Made by a program: the position numbers and the translations under genes
In this document: positions 54,652 through 64,000 of the stretch, one piece after another
How positions within the stretch are numbered: the first letter of the stretch is position 1
Layout of the letters: every line of letters starts with the position of its first letter
The notes under the pieces: model-generated
Database searches by the model: none
What the model saw: the letters and a program-made list of their open reading frames with translations, nothing else
Told to the model about the DNA's origin: nothing
Source of the DNA: Shigella phage Shfl2
Length of the DNA stretch: 64,000 nt
Sequence record: HM035025
Direction: 5' to 3' (one strand)

Positions 54652-55308
54652 ATGGCAGCACCTAGAATATCATTTTCGCCCTCTGATATTCTATTTGGTG
54701 TTCTAGATCGCTTGTTCAAAGATAACGCTACTGGGAAGGTTCTTGCTTCCCGGGTAGCTGTCGTAATTCTTTTATTTATGATGGCGATTGTTTGGTATAG
54801 GGGAGATAGTTTCTTTGAGTACTATAAGCAATCAAAGTATGAAACATACAGTGAAATTATTGAAAAGGAAAGAAATGCACGCTTTGAATCTGTCGCCCTG
54901 GAACAACTCCAGATAGTTCATATATCATCTGAGGCAGACTTTAGTGCGGTGTATTCTTTCCGCCCTAAAAACTTAAACTATTTTGTTGATATTATAGCAT
55001 ATGAAGGAAAATTACCTTCAACAATAAGTGAAAAATCACTTGGAGGATATCCTGTTGATAAAACTATGGATGAATATACAGTTCATTTAAATGGACGTCA
55101 TTATTATTCCGATTCAAAATTTGCTTTTTTACCAACTAAAAAGCCTACTCCCGAAATAAACTACATGTACAGTTGTCCATATTTTAATTTGGATAATATC
55201 TATGCTGGAACGATAACCATGTACTGGTATAGAAATGATCATATAAGTAATGACCGCCTTGAATCAATATGTGCTCAGGCGGCCAGAATATTAGGAAGGG
55301 CTAAATAA
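54652..55308 (+). CDS. t: Holin T
   Basis: 218 aa; single N-proximal TM segment, large periplasmic domain. Confidence 0.9.
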   Translation: MAAPRISFSPSDILFGVLDRLFKDNATGKVLASRVAVVILLFMMAIVWYRGDSFFEYYKQSKYETYSEIIEKERNARFESVALEQLQIVHISSEADFSAVYSFRPKNLNYFVDIIAYEGKLPSTISEKSLGGYPVDKTMDEYTVHLNGRHYYSDSKFAFLPTKKPTPEINYMYSCPYFNLDNIYAGTITMYWYRNDHISNDRLESICAQAARILGRAK

Positions 55309-55581
55309 TTATTTGTTCGTATACATCTCTAGATATCGATATACACCCTCAAAACCCTCGTTGAATTCGTCGATGAGGGTTTTCTTATCTTCTTGAGTTA
55401 ATTCAGAAACAATTTTACGGAATGAATTCTGATTTAACTTTCTACCTTCATGCGTTACTCCAATCTCATTCAGAAATGCAATAAAATTAGCACGATTCTC
55501 AACAATATCTTCTCTGGAAAATTTAATCAAAATAGACGCAACAGTAATAATTTCACGAACTGTATCAATATTTTTATTCAT
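55309..55581 (-). CDS. asiA: Anti-sigma70 factor AsiA
   Basis: 90 aa. Confidence 0.9.
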   Translation of the reverse strand: MNKNIDTVREIITVASILIKFSREDIVENRANFIAFLNEIGVTHEGRKLNQNSFRKIVSELTQEDKKTLIDEFNEGFEGVYRYLEMYTNK

Positions 55582-55742
55582 TAACTATACCACTCAATTA
55601 GTTGACTTTGTTATAATATCATCAGACGCTTGATTTGTAAACTGGTCTGTGTTATTTTCTTCAAAAATTTTTTCTACGAATTCCTTGAACGACTTACGTT
55701 CCTGAGCTACATTATGCTCGATTACTTTTTCAAGATTATGAC

Positions 55743-56021
55743 TCATTCGAAATAATCTTCAATTTCATAATCATGGACGTAAATCATTATAGTTTTTAAT
55801 ACATCATCAATACTTTTTCCTGGAGCTGGAATTACGTAAAAATATCCTGCTTTTGAAAGGTCTTTATAAGTTCCAATCAAGAAATCATTATTCTCGAGAT
55901 GTAATTCTTCAACTAATTCATTAACAATTGAGTGGTATAAATTTGGTAGAAACTTATATAGCTTTTCTAGAATATCAATTTTGATTGTGTATTGAACCAC
56001 AGACTGAGAATCAATAATCAT
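55743..56021 (-). CDS. arn: Anti-restriction nuclease Arn (McrBC inhibitor)
   Basis: 92 aa acidic protein in conserved position. Confidence 0.75.
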   Translation of the reverse strand: MIIDSQSVVQYTIKIDILEKLYKFLPNLYHSIVNELVEELHLENNDFLIGTYKDLSKAGYFYVIPAPGKSIDDVLKTIMIYVHDYEIEDYFE

Positions 56022-56104
56022 AGACCTTCCCCTTATGTTTCTGTTTACGATTAGAATCTTTAAACGCTTTCTTCTTATCTTTATGAACAGAAGCTTTATT
56101 AAAA

Positions 56105-56323
56105 TTATGTTTTGCGACTAAATTGTTCATAGTGCTGAATTACCTCTCTCAAACATTTGCATGTGAATGAAAACTTTTTAGCTACACCACATTCAAATAT
56201 GTGTTCTCTTAAATCACGTGTATCAGTATATCCCATCTCAACGATAAAATGCCGTATTAGATTTTTATCTTTATCATTGAGAGAATTAAAATAATCGGAT
56301 TTTGAATTAATTTCCCTGGCCAA
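56105..56323 (-). CDS. Hypothetical 72-aa protein
   Basis: ORF in arn-motA early cluster. Confidence 0.45.
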   Translation of the reverse strand: MAREINSKSDYFNSLNDKDKNLIRHFIVEMGYTDTRDLREHIFECGVAKKFSFTCKCLREVIQHYEQFSRKT

Positions 56324-56603
56324 ATTGAATCACCTTCAGTTGACGTTTTAATTCTTTTATCATTTCTTCGTTCATCACAATATAAAGATCGCGTAAAGCA
56401 GGTTTTAGCATTCCATTTACTGGAGAACTAAATGGACATACATAATCTTTTCCTACAAGCTTTTTGGTAAATTCCATATCACAAAATTTAAATGCTGGCT
56501 CATTCGCATAAATTCCCCAATTAGTTGACATCATTTTATTGGCATATTCCAGTGCCTGGATTTGATTCATAATTCCATCGATTTGAAACTTTTTAATATT
56601 CAT
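56307..56603 (-). CDS. Hypothetical 98-aa protein
   Basis: ORF in arn-motA early cluster. Confidence 0.45.
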   Translation of the reverse strand: MNIKKFQIDGIMNQIQALEYANKMMSTNWGIYANEPAFKFCDMEFTKKLVGKDYVCPFSSPVNGMLKPALRDLYIVMNEEMIKELKRQLKVIQFGQGN

Positions 56604-57064
56604 TAGTAAAGGTCCTCAGAGTAAAGTTCTTTTTCACTACCACCACGTTCAATACGTACTTGTCCAGCGTAAGTTGCAATAATCATTGCTTCTTCACGTG
56701 TCCAATAATTACTATATTGGTCAATAAACCCTTGGTCATCATCACAAACTTGTTGAGTAACTAATTGAGGTTTAACTACATCTAAAACTTCTGCCATATC
56801 TTTAGAATAATGACGAGCACCTGGAATAACAAGAGTTCGTCCATCTTTTAATTTAAAACGGTTGGCTGCGCAAACAATCCGTCGTTGATACTTTTGGTTT
56901 TTATCCCAATATGCAGTCTGCCAACAGATTTCAGGAACTTCTTTCAGAATATCTTCTTCTGTGCATTTATAACCATGCGCTTTAAATTTTTCAACAAGAC
57001 TTTCTGGAGTTTCACGAGATAAAGGAACATTCAGCATTTTTAAACGATTAATAAATGGGTTCAT
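56603..57064 (-). CDS. Hypothetical 153-aa protein
   Basis: ORF in arn-motA early cluster. Confidence 0.45.
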   Translation of the reverse strand: MNPFINRLKMLNVPLSRETPESLVEKFKAHGYKCTEEDILKEVPEICWQTAYWDKNQKYQRRIVCAANRFKLKDGRTLVIPGARHYSKDMAEVLDVVKPQLVTQQVCDDDQGFIDQYSNYWTREEAMIIATYAGQVRIERGGSEKELYSEDLY

Positions 57065-57390
57065 TTAAACCATCCTTTAATACGTTGCCACAAAGTTTTC
57101 TGCTGAGCTTTGTTAACACCAATTGAACGAATAACCGGTTGAGATTCCTGGAATTCTTTATAATCGGCAAGGTAAATTTCATAAGCTGCATCTGTAAAGG
57201 AACTTATCGCTGCCATGAAATTATTGCGAATACCTACTGGAGCATCTTTACTTTCACGAATAATCATGTATTTGCCAGTCTTAATCTTTACGATGGTTCC
57301 AAGATAAGCTCCATGGTACCAGATATCCCACCCCTCTTGAGTGGGTTCTGCACAACGACGAAGTTCATTGATAATTTCTAACTTGTTCAT
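57061..57390 (-). CDS. Hypothetical 109-aa protein
   Basis: ORF coupled to motA. Confidence 0.45.
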   Translation of the reverse strand: MNKLEIINELRRCAEPTQEGWDIWYHGAYLGTIVKIKTGKYMIIRESKDAPVGIRNNFMAAISSFTDAAYEIYLADYKEFQESQPVIRSIGVNKAQQKTLWQRIKGWFK

Positions 57391-57400
57391 TATTTATTCC

Positions 57401-58036
57401 TCACAGTTCAGATGCTACGGTGATTACTGCTTCAATGTTTTCTGCCGAACGTTTAATGTCAAGATACACATTACCGTTTTTAGCGATTTTACATGACATT
57501 CCGATATCAGTAAATTTCTGAATATGATGTTCCATCATTTTGTATCCAAAAATTCGCATGTTTCCATTGTTGTTAATTTCAAAATTGCGAATTCCATGAG
57601 TGCGTTTTTCTAAAATAGCGAGATAGTTACTGCGATAAGTTTCAACTTTTTTAAGAACAAATCCATTTTCATCTAAAAGTTTTAACATGAAGTCTTTATC
57701 TTCTTCCATATCAGAAGTAATCTCGCGAGCTTTACGAGTTGCTCGTTTTTTCAGTAGTTCCGGAGCATTTTCCTGTGCGTATAAAGTTGCTGCATTTGAA
57801 ATAATATCCTGAGCTTCACCAGTAATGATTAATCCATCACCAGATTTCTCCACCAGGCCTTTTTTAATCAATACCCCAATATTACTATTAACTACTGCGT
57901 TACCTAAATCTGGATGCACCTCACGAACTTCTGCAGCTGTAATGAAATCTTTCTTAGCAATGGTAATTAAAATCGCAGCAGTTTTTTCATTCAGAACATC
58001 GTTAGAAGCTTTGATGATGTAAGTTACTTTAGACAT
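57401..58036 (-). CDS. motA: Middle-transcription activator MotA
   Basis: 211 aa. Confidence 0.9.
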   Translation of the reverse strand: MSKVTYIIKASNDVLNEKTAAILITIAKKDFITAAEVREVHPDLGNAVVNSNIGVLIKKGLVEKSGDGLIITGEAQDIISNAATLYAQENAPELLKKRATRKAREITSDMEEDKDFMLKLLDENGFVLKKVETYRSNYLAILEKRTHGIRNFEINNNGNMRIFGYKMMEHHIQKFTDIGMSCKIAKNGNVYLDIKRSAENIEAVITVASEL

Positions 58037-58060
58037 TTTCTAATCTCCGTAATTCTGTAT

Positions 58061-58120
58061 CAGTAGTTGATAGTTGTATAGTACCACAGTATGCTTTGGT
58101 TGTAAACCGTTTTGTGAAAA
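58061..58120 (-). promoter_or_regulatory. T4-type early promoter for motA
   Basis: GTTTAC -35 and GTGGTACTATACAAC -10 region; A/T-rich upstream element. Confidence 0.5.
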
Positions 58121-58159
58121 AAATTTTGAAATAAAAAAAGGGAGAGCCTCGGCTCTCCC
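58121..58159 (-). terminator. Rho-independent terminator downstream of gene 52 region
   Basis: GGGAGAGCC-UC-GGCUCUCCC hairpin followed by UUUUUUUAUUU on minus strand. Confidence 0.6.
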
Positions 58160-58311
58160 TAAAATTTACTGCATGACTGTGATAACTGTCATGATAACAC
58201 GTTGAATTCCGAACGCAAGAAGACCTCCTGCTACGGCTGGAACAACACCTACCCCCGCTAATAAAATGCCGCCAGATACTAATGCCGCGCTTGTAATACC
58301 AATGAATGGAC

Positions 58312-59640
58312 TCATTTGATTTCCTCTAAATCTTTGGTGTATTCTGTAACTACATCAGTAGTTTTCCAATATTCGTTTTCTTCTTTCTTAGCTTTAGCTT
58401 CTTCAGCAAGTTTCTTTGCTTCGTCGGAAGTCATATGAAAAATATTCATTCCGACTAGTTTATCAACATAAGAAGAATACATATCAATTTTAGAAAGTTC
58501 TTCAGTCAGTTCTTTGCGAGTTTTACCCTGCACAACGATTTCACCTGAAATTACTTTCTTAATGAAATGCGCCTTGGCAAAGGCTAAACGAAAAGCTGAT
58601 TCAGTTTCTTTAATTTTGTTATCAATTCGTTTTTGGACATAAGTTTTACGAACTTCAACAAAGTCTTTAATTAAATCGACTACGTTATCGTAAACTTGTA
58701 GTTTTCCTTTCTCATTAATAACCGTAATATTCTGAGAACGACGCTCAATCAACCCGAAGTCTTTCATAATTTTTGCGTGGCGTTCTTCTTCATTATCGCT
58801 CAAAGAATATTCTTTACGGAATTTAACTTTAAAGCCAAAACCATGCTCACCACAAGCATCATCCCACGTAATGAAGCCTTTATCTTCAAGCGGGTCTAAT
58901 ATTTTACTCACATAAGTTTCACGATCATACTTATACGGAATCTCAGTGATATTCATTTGAGTTCGTGAAGTAAACTTGTACGTTCCACGAATTTCATATT
59001 GACCGTCAATTTCAACGACTTCACCACGAAATTCTGGGAATTCTACCTTCGGTTTAGTTACTTTCTTTCCTTGAAGAGCTTGTAGTACAGCTTTCTTGAC
59101 AGAAGAAACACTATGAGGAAGAATGTAAGTTGCATAACCAGTTGCAATACCGGAAACACCATTAAGAAGAACAGTAGGAATAATAGGCAAATAGAAAGCA
59201 GGCGGAATGTGTTCTTTATCTTGATGTACCGGAGCATATTCAGTATCTTTATATACGCTATAGAAATTTTTACTTACACGAGCAAAAATATAACGACTTG
59301 CCGCTGCTTTTTGAACGGTACGAGAACCAAAGTTTCCTTGACCATCTAACAAAGGAAAGTTATTATTCCAAGTATTAGCCATCAAAGCCCCCGCGTCTTG
59401 CGCAGAGTTTTCACCATGATGATATCCAAGGTCAGCTACACCACCTGCAATAGAAGCGAGTTTGTGAAACTTATCTTTATTTCCTCGCGCCAAATCAAGA
59501 GCTCGAGCAATAACAAATCGTTGAACTGGCTTAAATCCATCAATCATATTTGGAATAGCACGATTTTCAACCGTGTACATAGCATAAGCCAATGCTTCAT
59601 TATCAATGATACTTTTTAAATCGCGATTATTCAGTTGCAT
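58312..59640 (-). CDS. 52: DNA topoisomerase II medium subunit gp52
   Basis: 442 aa. Confidence 0.9.
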   Translation of the reverse strand: MQLNNRDLKSIIDNEALAYAMYTVENRAIPNMIDGFKPVQRFVIARALDLARGNKDKFHKLASIAGGVADLGYHHGENSAQDAGALMANTWNNNFPLLDGQGNFGSRTVQKAAASRYIFARVSKNFYSVYKDTEYAPVHQDKEHIPPAFYLPIIPTVLLNGVSGIATGYATYILPHSVSSVKKAVLQALQGKKVTKPKVEFPEFRGEVVEIDGQYEIRGTYKFTSRTQMNITEIPYKYDRETYVSKILDPLEDKGFITWDDACGEHGFGFKVKFRKEYSLSDNEEERHAKIMKDFGLIERRSQNITVINEKGKLQVYDNVVDLIKDFVEVRKTYVQKRIDNKIKETESAFRLAFAKAHFIKKVISGEIVVQGKTRKELTEELSKIDMYSSYVDKLVGMNIFHMTSDEAKKLAEEAKAKKEENEYWKTTDVVTEYTKDLEEIK

Positions 59641-59642
59641 AA

Positions 59643-59783
59643 ATTTACCATACTAGTGAATGTAGTGCCATAATAACATCAGAAATGAAAAGCACGACTT
59701 GAATTAATCCGAACATTACTCCATAATATAGTGCTACCAATAAAGTAGCAAGGGCTAATGAATAGCCCAAGATTTTCTTAATC
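59643..59783 (-). CDS. Small hydrophobic peptide (about 46 aa), unannotated in ORF track
   Basis: Hand translation MIKKILGYSLALATLLVALYYGV...; single predicted TM helix. Confidence 0.35.
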
Positions 59784-59785
59784 AT

Positions 59786-59932
59786 TTTTATTTAATAGCC
59801 AAAACAATGATAAAACTGCTAATACGCCTTGAGCGGTTGCTTGTAAAAATACTGGAGTTTCTCCAGTTATTACTGTTCCGATGCATAAAACAGACCAACA
59901 GAAAAAGGCTACACCATAAACAAATTTCATAT
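59786..59932 (-). CDS. Small hydrophobic peptide (about 48 aa), possibly ac-like
   Basis: Hand translation MKFVYGVAFFCWSVLCIGTVITGETPVFLQATAQGVLAVLSLFWLLNKND; start overlaps next ORF stop. Confidence 0.35.
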
Positions 59933-59937
59933 TTTCC

Positions 59938-60018
59938 TCACTGGCGTCCGAAGACGCCTTTAGTTTTAAGATTATTACGATAGAACTGCATTACATGTTC
60001 GTTATGGAAATTACTCAT
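59938..60018 (-). CDS. stp: Stp peptide (26 aa), activator of host PrrC anticodon nuclease
   Basis: Hand translation gives exactly [26 protein letters not shown], the known T4 Stp sequence; coordinates within 1 nt. Confidence 0.8.
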
Positions 60019-60183
60019 ACACACCACACATTTTGCATAAACGTTCAAAACAGATAAATCCGCCACCTACACACATCACGACAGCCACATTATCATTAAG
60101 AGGTAGACCTAAAGCCGTAAAGATTCCAGTCAATGTGAATAAGGCTAAAACTAATAGGTAACCCATTACAAATAGAGCTTTCA

Positions 60184-60639
60184 TTAGTATGCCTGCAAAA
60201 CAAATTTAAAGTTATCAGCCAACATACGGTTCATTTCTTCAAGTGTTTGATACTCAGAATGATGATTACGAGTAAACGCCAAAGCTAACTGACCTTTTCC
60301 AAATCCCGTCGTAAGAGGTTTCATCTTAGAAGCAGGTAAATAAAATACCGTGTATGGAACATTGTTATTTGCAATAGTACACGCAAGCTGAGACCGACGC
60401 TGACGAATATGACTTAGAACTGCACTGAATCCTTGCTTAGAACGCTGATTACCTACATAAAATCGTGCAGATACACACGGACTATCAAATGGACCACCAA
60501 ATTTGCTTACTAAAAAGTAAAATCCAGGTTTAGATAAAATATCTTTATGCGGAGTTCCAAAAACCCATTCACCGCCCTTGATTGTACCAATAACAGTAGC
60601 ACCTGCATTATTCAGATCAGTAACAGTCATGTATTTCAT
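60184..60639 (-). CDS. ndd: Nucleoid disruption protein Ndd
   Basis: 151 aa from internal ATG with GAGGAA SD; track ORF extended to 167 aa. Confidence 0.8.
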   Translation of the reverse strand: MKYMTVTDLNNAGATVIGTIKGGEWVFGTPHKDILSKPGFYFLVSKFGGPFDSPCVSARFYVGNQRSKQGFSAVLSHIRQRRSQLACTIANNNVPYTVFYLPASKMKPLTTGFGKGQLALAFTRNHHSEYQTLEEMNRMLADNFKFVLQAY

Positions 60640-60699
60640 ATTAATTTCCTCTAAATTATTTTCTACTCCAAGGCCGCATGAATACACACGGCCGATAAA

Positions 60700-60915
60700 T
60701 TAATCGTCGCAGTCGACGCTCAATTCCCAGAACTCTTCTACAGTATAAGTTTCAGTATCATTTTCAATACAGAAACGTTCATTACTGTTATTTGCTAAAG
60801 TAGCGTTAACTGTCATTTTCTCGCTAGTGCTCTTAAGAGGTGAAATACGAATTAACTGATCACCACTATCTAAGCAAAAAATTTCACCAACTTTTACATC
60901 TTTAAAGATTTTCAT
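60700..60915 (-). CDS. Hypothetical 71-aa acidic protein
   Basis: ORF in ndd-denB early cluster. Confidence 0.45.
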   Translation of the reverse strand: MKIFKDVKVGEIFCLDSGDQLIRISPLKSTSEKMTVNATLANNSNERFCIENDTETYTVEEFWELSVDCDD

Positions 60916-61030
60916 AATTCACCTCAAGGAGTATAAAATCCAAATGCAGTTGTTGACCATCCCATCCAGTATGGGAAATTTGCACCAATGTAAAACATAA
61001 GAATATAAAACCAACCACTCAGCAAATTCA

Positions 61031-61228
61031 TCATTTTACACCATTCCAAATTGTTTCAACTACGGATTTTAAACCATTTTGATGAATATCCATTCCGACT
61101 GCCGCCATCAAATAAATTCCAATTACAACTGAACCCAAGGCGAAAATCAGCATGAAAATGAATAAAGCCGGAAAAATATTATCGAAAAACCATTCAATAA
61201 ATGTAAAAACACTGCGTTTACGCTTCAT
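61031..61228 (-). CDS. Small membrane protein (about 65 aa from internal ATG)
   Basis: Two hydrophobic segments; SD GAGGAA before MKRKRS start. Confidence 0.4.
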   Translation of the reverse strand: MKRKRSVFTFIEWFFDNIFPALFIFMLIFALGSVVIGIYLMAAVGMDIHQNGLKSVVETIWNGVK

Positions 61229-61235
61229 ATTTTCC

Positions 61236-61349
61236 TCACATAAATCCAAAGTAAGCGTTTAATACATCAATCATTAAAACGATTGGGAATATACTCAAAA
61301 CTATTAGTATTATAACTACATTCCATATAGCTTTAATAATCTTTTTCAT
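61236..61349 (-). CDS. Small membrane peptide (about 37 aa)
   Basis: MKKIIKAIWNVVIILIVLSIFPIVLMIDVLNAYFGFM; GGAGGA SD; lies downstream of an early promoter at about 61361-61420. Confidence 0.35.
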   Translation of the reverse strand: MKKIIKAIWNVVIILIVLSIFPIVLMIDVLNAYFGFM

Positions 61350-61592
61350 TTTCTGTTCCTCCGTAGTTGATAGGGTAATAATACCACGGAAGAACAGTCT
61401 TGTAAACAACTTTTTTAAAAATATTCGTAATAAATGTGAATACCAACTACTACCGCTGAAACCTGTGCAACCCACCACGCACAAGCAATAAGTACAGAAT
61501 TCAAAATTTTCATAATAACCTCATCACAAAAGTAAATGTTAAACAAACTACCGGAATACTAATTAACCAAACAAAACACCACCATAGTGAAC

Positions 61593-61856
61593 TCATAGTT
61601 CAATCTCAGCGATTTTCATTTCATTACTATTAATAGCCGCTTTAAGACTATCTGAAAGAATTACATTCCAGTGGTCATTCATATAACCATTAACTAAGCG
61701 TGTAATTTCTTCAGGAGTTGAAAAATAAGGCTGATCAGACTCCCAATGCGATAATCCTAAGCGAGTATAAATCATACCTTCATCATCGCTAGAATATTCA
61801 ACTGACACAAACTCATCAGTTATTTTATGCTTAGCATAATAAAATTTAAATTTCAT
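61593..61856 (-). CDS. Hypothetical about 87-aa protein
   Basis: ORF from internal ATG downstream of early promoter at about 61861-61930. Confidence 0.4.
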   Translation of the reverse strand: MKFKFYYAKHKITDEFVSVEYSSDDEGMIYTRLGLSHWESDQPYFSTPEEITRLVNGYMNDHWNVILSDSLKAAINSNEMKIAEIEL

Positions 61857-61936
61857 TTTACTCTCCAAATCAGTATCAGTTGATAGTTGTATAGTACCAC
61901 GGTCCTTGTGGTATGTAAACTGTTTTGTGAAATTTT

Positions 61937-62494
61937 TTAAATGGAAAGATACCATCCGTTGTAGTTGCTTTTTCTTACAACCTTACGAAGGTCTTCTCTG
62001 TCACCGATGAACTTCGGAGTGTACTGGATGACACCTGGATGAATTTCTTTAGTGTTGAATATAATTATACAGTCAGCGACCTGGTGATTTAGAATGGGCC
62101 CTAGATTTATTCCAGAACCATATGGATACTCTCCGCTGCATCCTGTTGTTACCGAAATCCAACGTGAGTCAGTTTGATGTGTCTTAACTTCTACACGAAG
62201 CCCACAGTATTTTGGATGTGCTAAAACATCCCATGCATATGTGTACGGATCATCGACATCTTCTTGGCCTTTATTGACATATCCGCTTAGCCAATCTGCC
62301 ACAAAAAACTCTGCGTACACAGCGATACGGCATCTTTCGATAACTTCTGCCTTATCCTGATTTGGGTTTTGTTTTAAAGAGTATCTTACAGTATCAGCAA
62401 TTTTGGCCTTCATTTCACTAGTCAAGTCACTGTTAGATAGGGTAAATGACGGAATCTGAAATAGTCTCTGCAAACCCGGATTCGTTTTCTGCAT
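61937..62494 (-). CDS. denB: Endonuclease IV
   Basis: 185 aa as in T4 DenB. Confidence 0.85.
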   Translation of the reverse strand: MQKTNPGLQRLFQIPSFTLSNSDLTSEMKAKIADTVRYSLKQNPNQDKAEVIERCRIAVYAEFFVADWLSGYVNKGQEDVDDPYTYAWDVLAHPKYCGLRVEVKTHQTDSRWISVTTGCSGEYPYGSGINLGPILNHQVADCIIIFNTKEIHPGVIQYTPKFIGDREDLRKVVRKSNYNGWYLSI

Positions 62495-62556
62495 TTAAAC
62501 TTTCCTTTATGTCGGAATCATAATTTCTCTTAAAACAAAAGGGCCGAAGCCCTTAT

Positions 62557-62751
62557 TTATTTGAATTGTGCAATTCTTTTCTCTAGACATTCGGCATAAG
62601 ATTTCATTGAGATGAACTGTGAAAGCAGCAGTTCTTGCTCAACTGCACTAACTGTTAGAAACTTTGCGCTTTCTAAAAATTTGCTCAGTGCATTAATTTT
62701 GAGCATTAATTGATCGTATTCTTCTTTTACTCGTGCTTGATAACCTAACAT
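62557..62751 (-). CDS. Hypothetical 64-aa coiled-coil protein
   Basis: ORF between denB and rIIB flanked by two GGGCC-GAAG-CCC hairpins. Confidence 0.45.
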   Translation of the reverse strand: MLGYQARVKEEYDQLMLKINALSKFLESAKFLTVSAVEQELLLSQFISMKSYAECLEKRIAQFK

Positions 62752-62779
62752 AATTTTCCTTAGTTAAGGGCCGAAGCCC

Positions 62780-63718
62780 TTATTTAAATTGTTCAGTAAC
62801 GTCTTCAACTACTTCGTATTGGCAGGTACGCATTTTAGCATCGTTGTAATCAATCGGAATTGATACTACATCACGCGGATGTACTTTAACTTTTACAACT
62901 CGGCTAGTTGAACTGCCAAAGTGACGAATATAAGATTTAGAACACACATGTAGACCACGAGAACAAGTTTGTGTATCATCGTCATTCACACGAGTACGTG
63001 GCATTTTAACTACTTTACCCGGACTGTTATCAAAAGTATTTGAGTGACAGTCAAAGTAATTGCTGCGAACTACTTTCCAAGCATAGAAGTAACCATCTTC
63101 TGTAATTTCAATATCGTTTGCTACCAAGAAATCAAAGAGTCGAGATACCGCTTTTTGGCTTGGGTTTTCCAGTAGATTTTCCAAGAACGGAAAATAAAAT
63201 TCAAAGTTTTCGCCTTTTTCCATCGAGTCAAGAATACGATCAACCAAACCAGACCGCAATTCAATATTTTGATAGAACAAGCTTCCGCCTTCAATTCGAA
63301 CATCGCCGGAAATATATTTTTCAACAGCGCGACGAACATTAATTTTTTGTGCAGCTTCTTCCAACTTATCCGCTACAAGCAGATTAAGAATTTCCTGGAA
63401 GTTTGAATGAGTATTAGGAGTTGCGTTATAAGTTACACCGTCAACAGTAATTGAAATGAATTTTTTAGATGCATTCCAAATAATGTCAGATTTAGCAACT
63501 GGAGCAATAACTGCATCGCTATTAACTTTAACTGTAATATCACCGCTAATAATAACTTTAGAGCGTTTAGCTTCTTCAGCATTTTTCAAAACACGACGGA
63601 TTGTGTCAACCGATACACCTTGCCAATCAGCCAATTCCTGTTGGGTGTAATTACCACTTGAATACAATTTAACAATTTCAGCTTGTTCGTTTTTGGTCAG
63701 GCATTTAATATTGTACAT
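62780..63718 (-). CDS. rIIB: rIIB membrane-associated protein
   Basis: 312 aa as in T4 rIIB. Confidence 0.9.
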   Translation of the reverse strand: MYNIKCLTKNEQAEIVKLYSSGNYTQQELADWQGVSVDTIRRVLKNAEEAKRSKVIISGDITVKVNSDAVIAPVAKSDIIWNASKKFISITVDGVTYNATPNTHSNFQEILNLLVADKLEEAAQKINVRRAVEKYISGDVRIEGGSLFYQNIELRSGLVDRILDSMEKGENFEFYFPFLENLLENPSQKAVSRLFDFLVANDIEITEDGYFYAWKVVRSNYFDCHSNTFDNSPGKVVKMPRTRVNDDDTQTCSRGLHVCSKSYIRHFGSSTSRVVKVKVHPRDVVSIPIDYNDAKMRTCQYEVVEDVTEQFK

Positions 63719-63729
63719 AATTTTCCTTA

Positions 63730-64000
63730 TTAGGCCGCAAGGGCCTTCATAGTTTTAGCGATTTGGGAAACTTCATCATCACTTAAAGAGTTGCGATAAC
63801 CGATGAAGTCAGAAACAATACGGAATTTCTTGGTAAACTCAGCAACCATTTTATCACTGTTTTTTGAAGCATTACGTGATAATTCATCAAAGAGATTAGT
63901 TACTGTCCAGATGTCATGACCGATGGTATCTCTTCCACCATTAAAATATACACCCTGTAATGAACTAACCATATTAGCAAGTCGTGTATATTCTTCAGAA
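63730..64000 (-). CDS. rIIA: rIIA, C-terminal fragment (5' end beyond window)
   Basis: Frame open to window edge; directly upstream of rIIB. Confidence 0.75.
   Translation of the reverse strand, partial: SEEYTRLANMVSSLQGVYFNGGRDTIGHDIWTVTNLFDELSRNASKNSDKMVAEFTKKFRIVSDFIGYRNSLSDDEVSQIAKTMKALAA

Noticed and set aside
60640-60690. Apparent 1-nt inconsistency between the ORF-track ndd N-terminal extension and my hand count of a T-run near 60658-60662 (and ndd stop at 60183 versus 60184)
   Set aside because: Most likely my own counting error in a homopolymer tract; it only affects the non-physiological extension, but hand-derived coordinates nearby may be off by 1 nt.
40741-61940. Possible CRISPR-like array suggested by recurring 20-40 bp conserved elements (40741, 58061, 61361, 61861 and others)
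   Set aside because: Copies are kilobases apart, each sits just upstream of a minus-strand gene start with -35/-10 geometry, and there are no regularly spaced spacers or cas genes; they are early promoters.

Overview
This window is a contiguous ~64 kb block of a T4-like (T-even, Tequatrovirus-type) Escherichia phage genome, running from the 3' end of major capsid gene 23 to the 3' end of rIIA. Gene order and protein lengths match phage T4 almost exactly: gp24, rnlB, hoc, inh, segE, uvsW, uvsY, baseplate hub genes 25-26-51-27-28-29-48-54, alt, DNA ligase 30, rIII, 31, cd, pseT, alc, rnlA, denA, nrdB, nrdA, td, frd, 32, 59, 33, dsbA, rnh, tail-fibre genes 34-38, t, asiA, arn, motA, 52, stp, ndd, denB, rIIB. 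All calls rest on reading the translations against recalled T4 protein lengths, N-termini and motifs; no database search was possible. It is not T4 itself: td and nrdB are uninterrupted, there is no room for segD (23/24) or segG (32/59), and genes 37/38 are T2-type (1311-aa gp37, 263-aa glycine-rich gp38 adhesin). Regulatory punctuation is T4-typical: TATAAATA late promoters, a family of conserved early promoters on the minus strand, and C(UUCG)G-type terminator hairpins. The most interesting points are an extra ORF wedged into the normally overlapping frd/td junction, two tandem Alt-like ADP-ribosyltransferase paralogs, a HAD-phosphatase/NADAR-like gene pair, and unannotated small membrane peptides around stp. 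I found no CRISPR array, tRNA gene or intron. Coordinates of promoters, hairpins and sub-60-aa ORFs were counted by hand and may be off by 1-2 nt.
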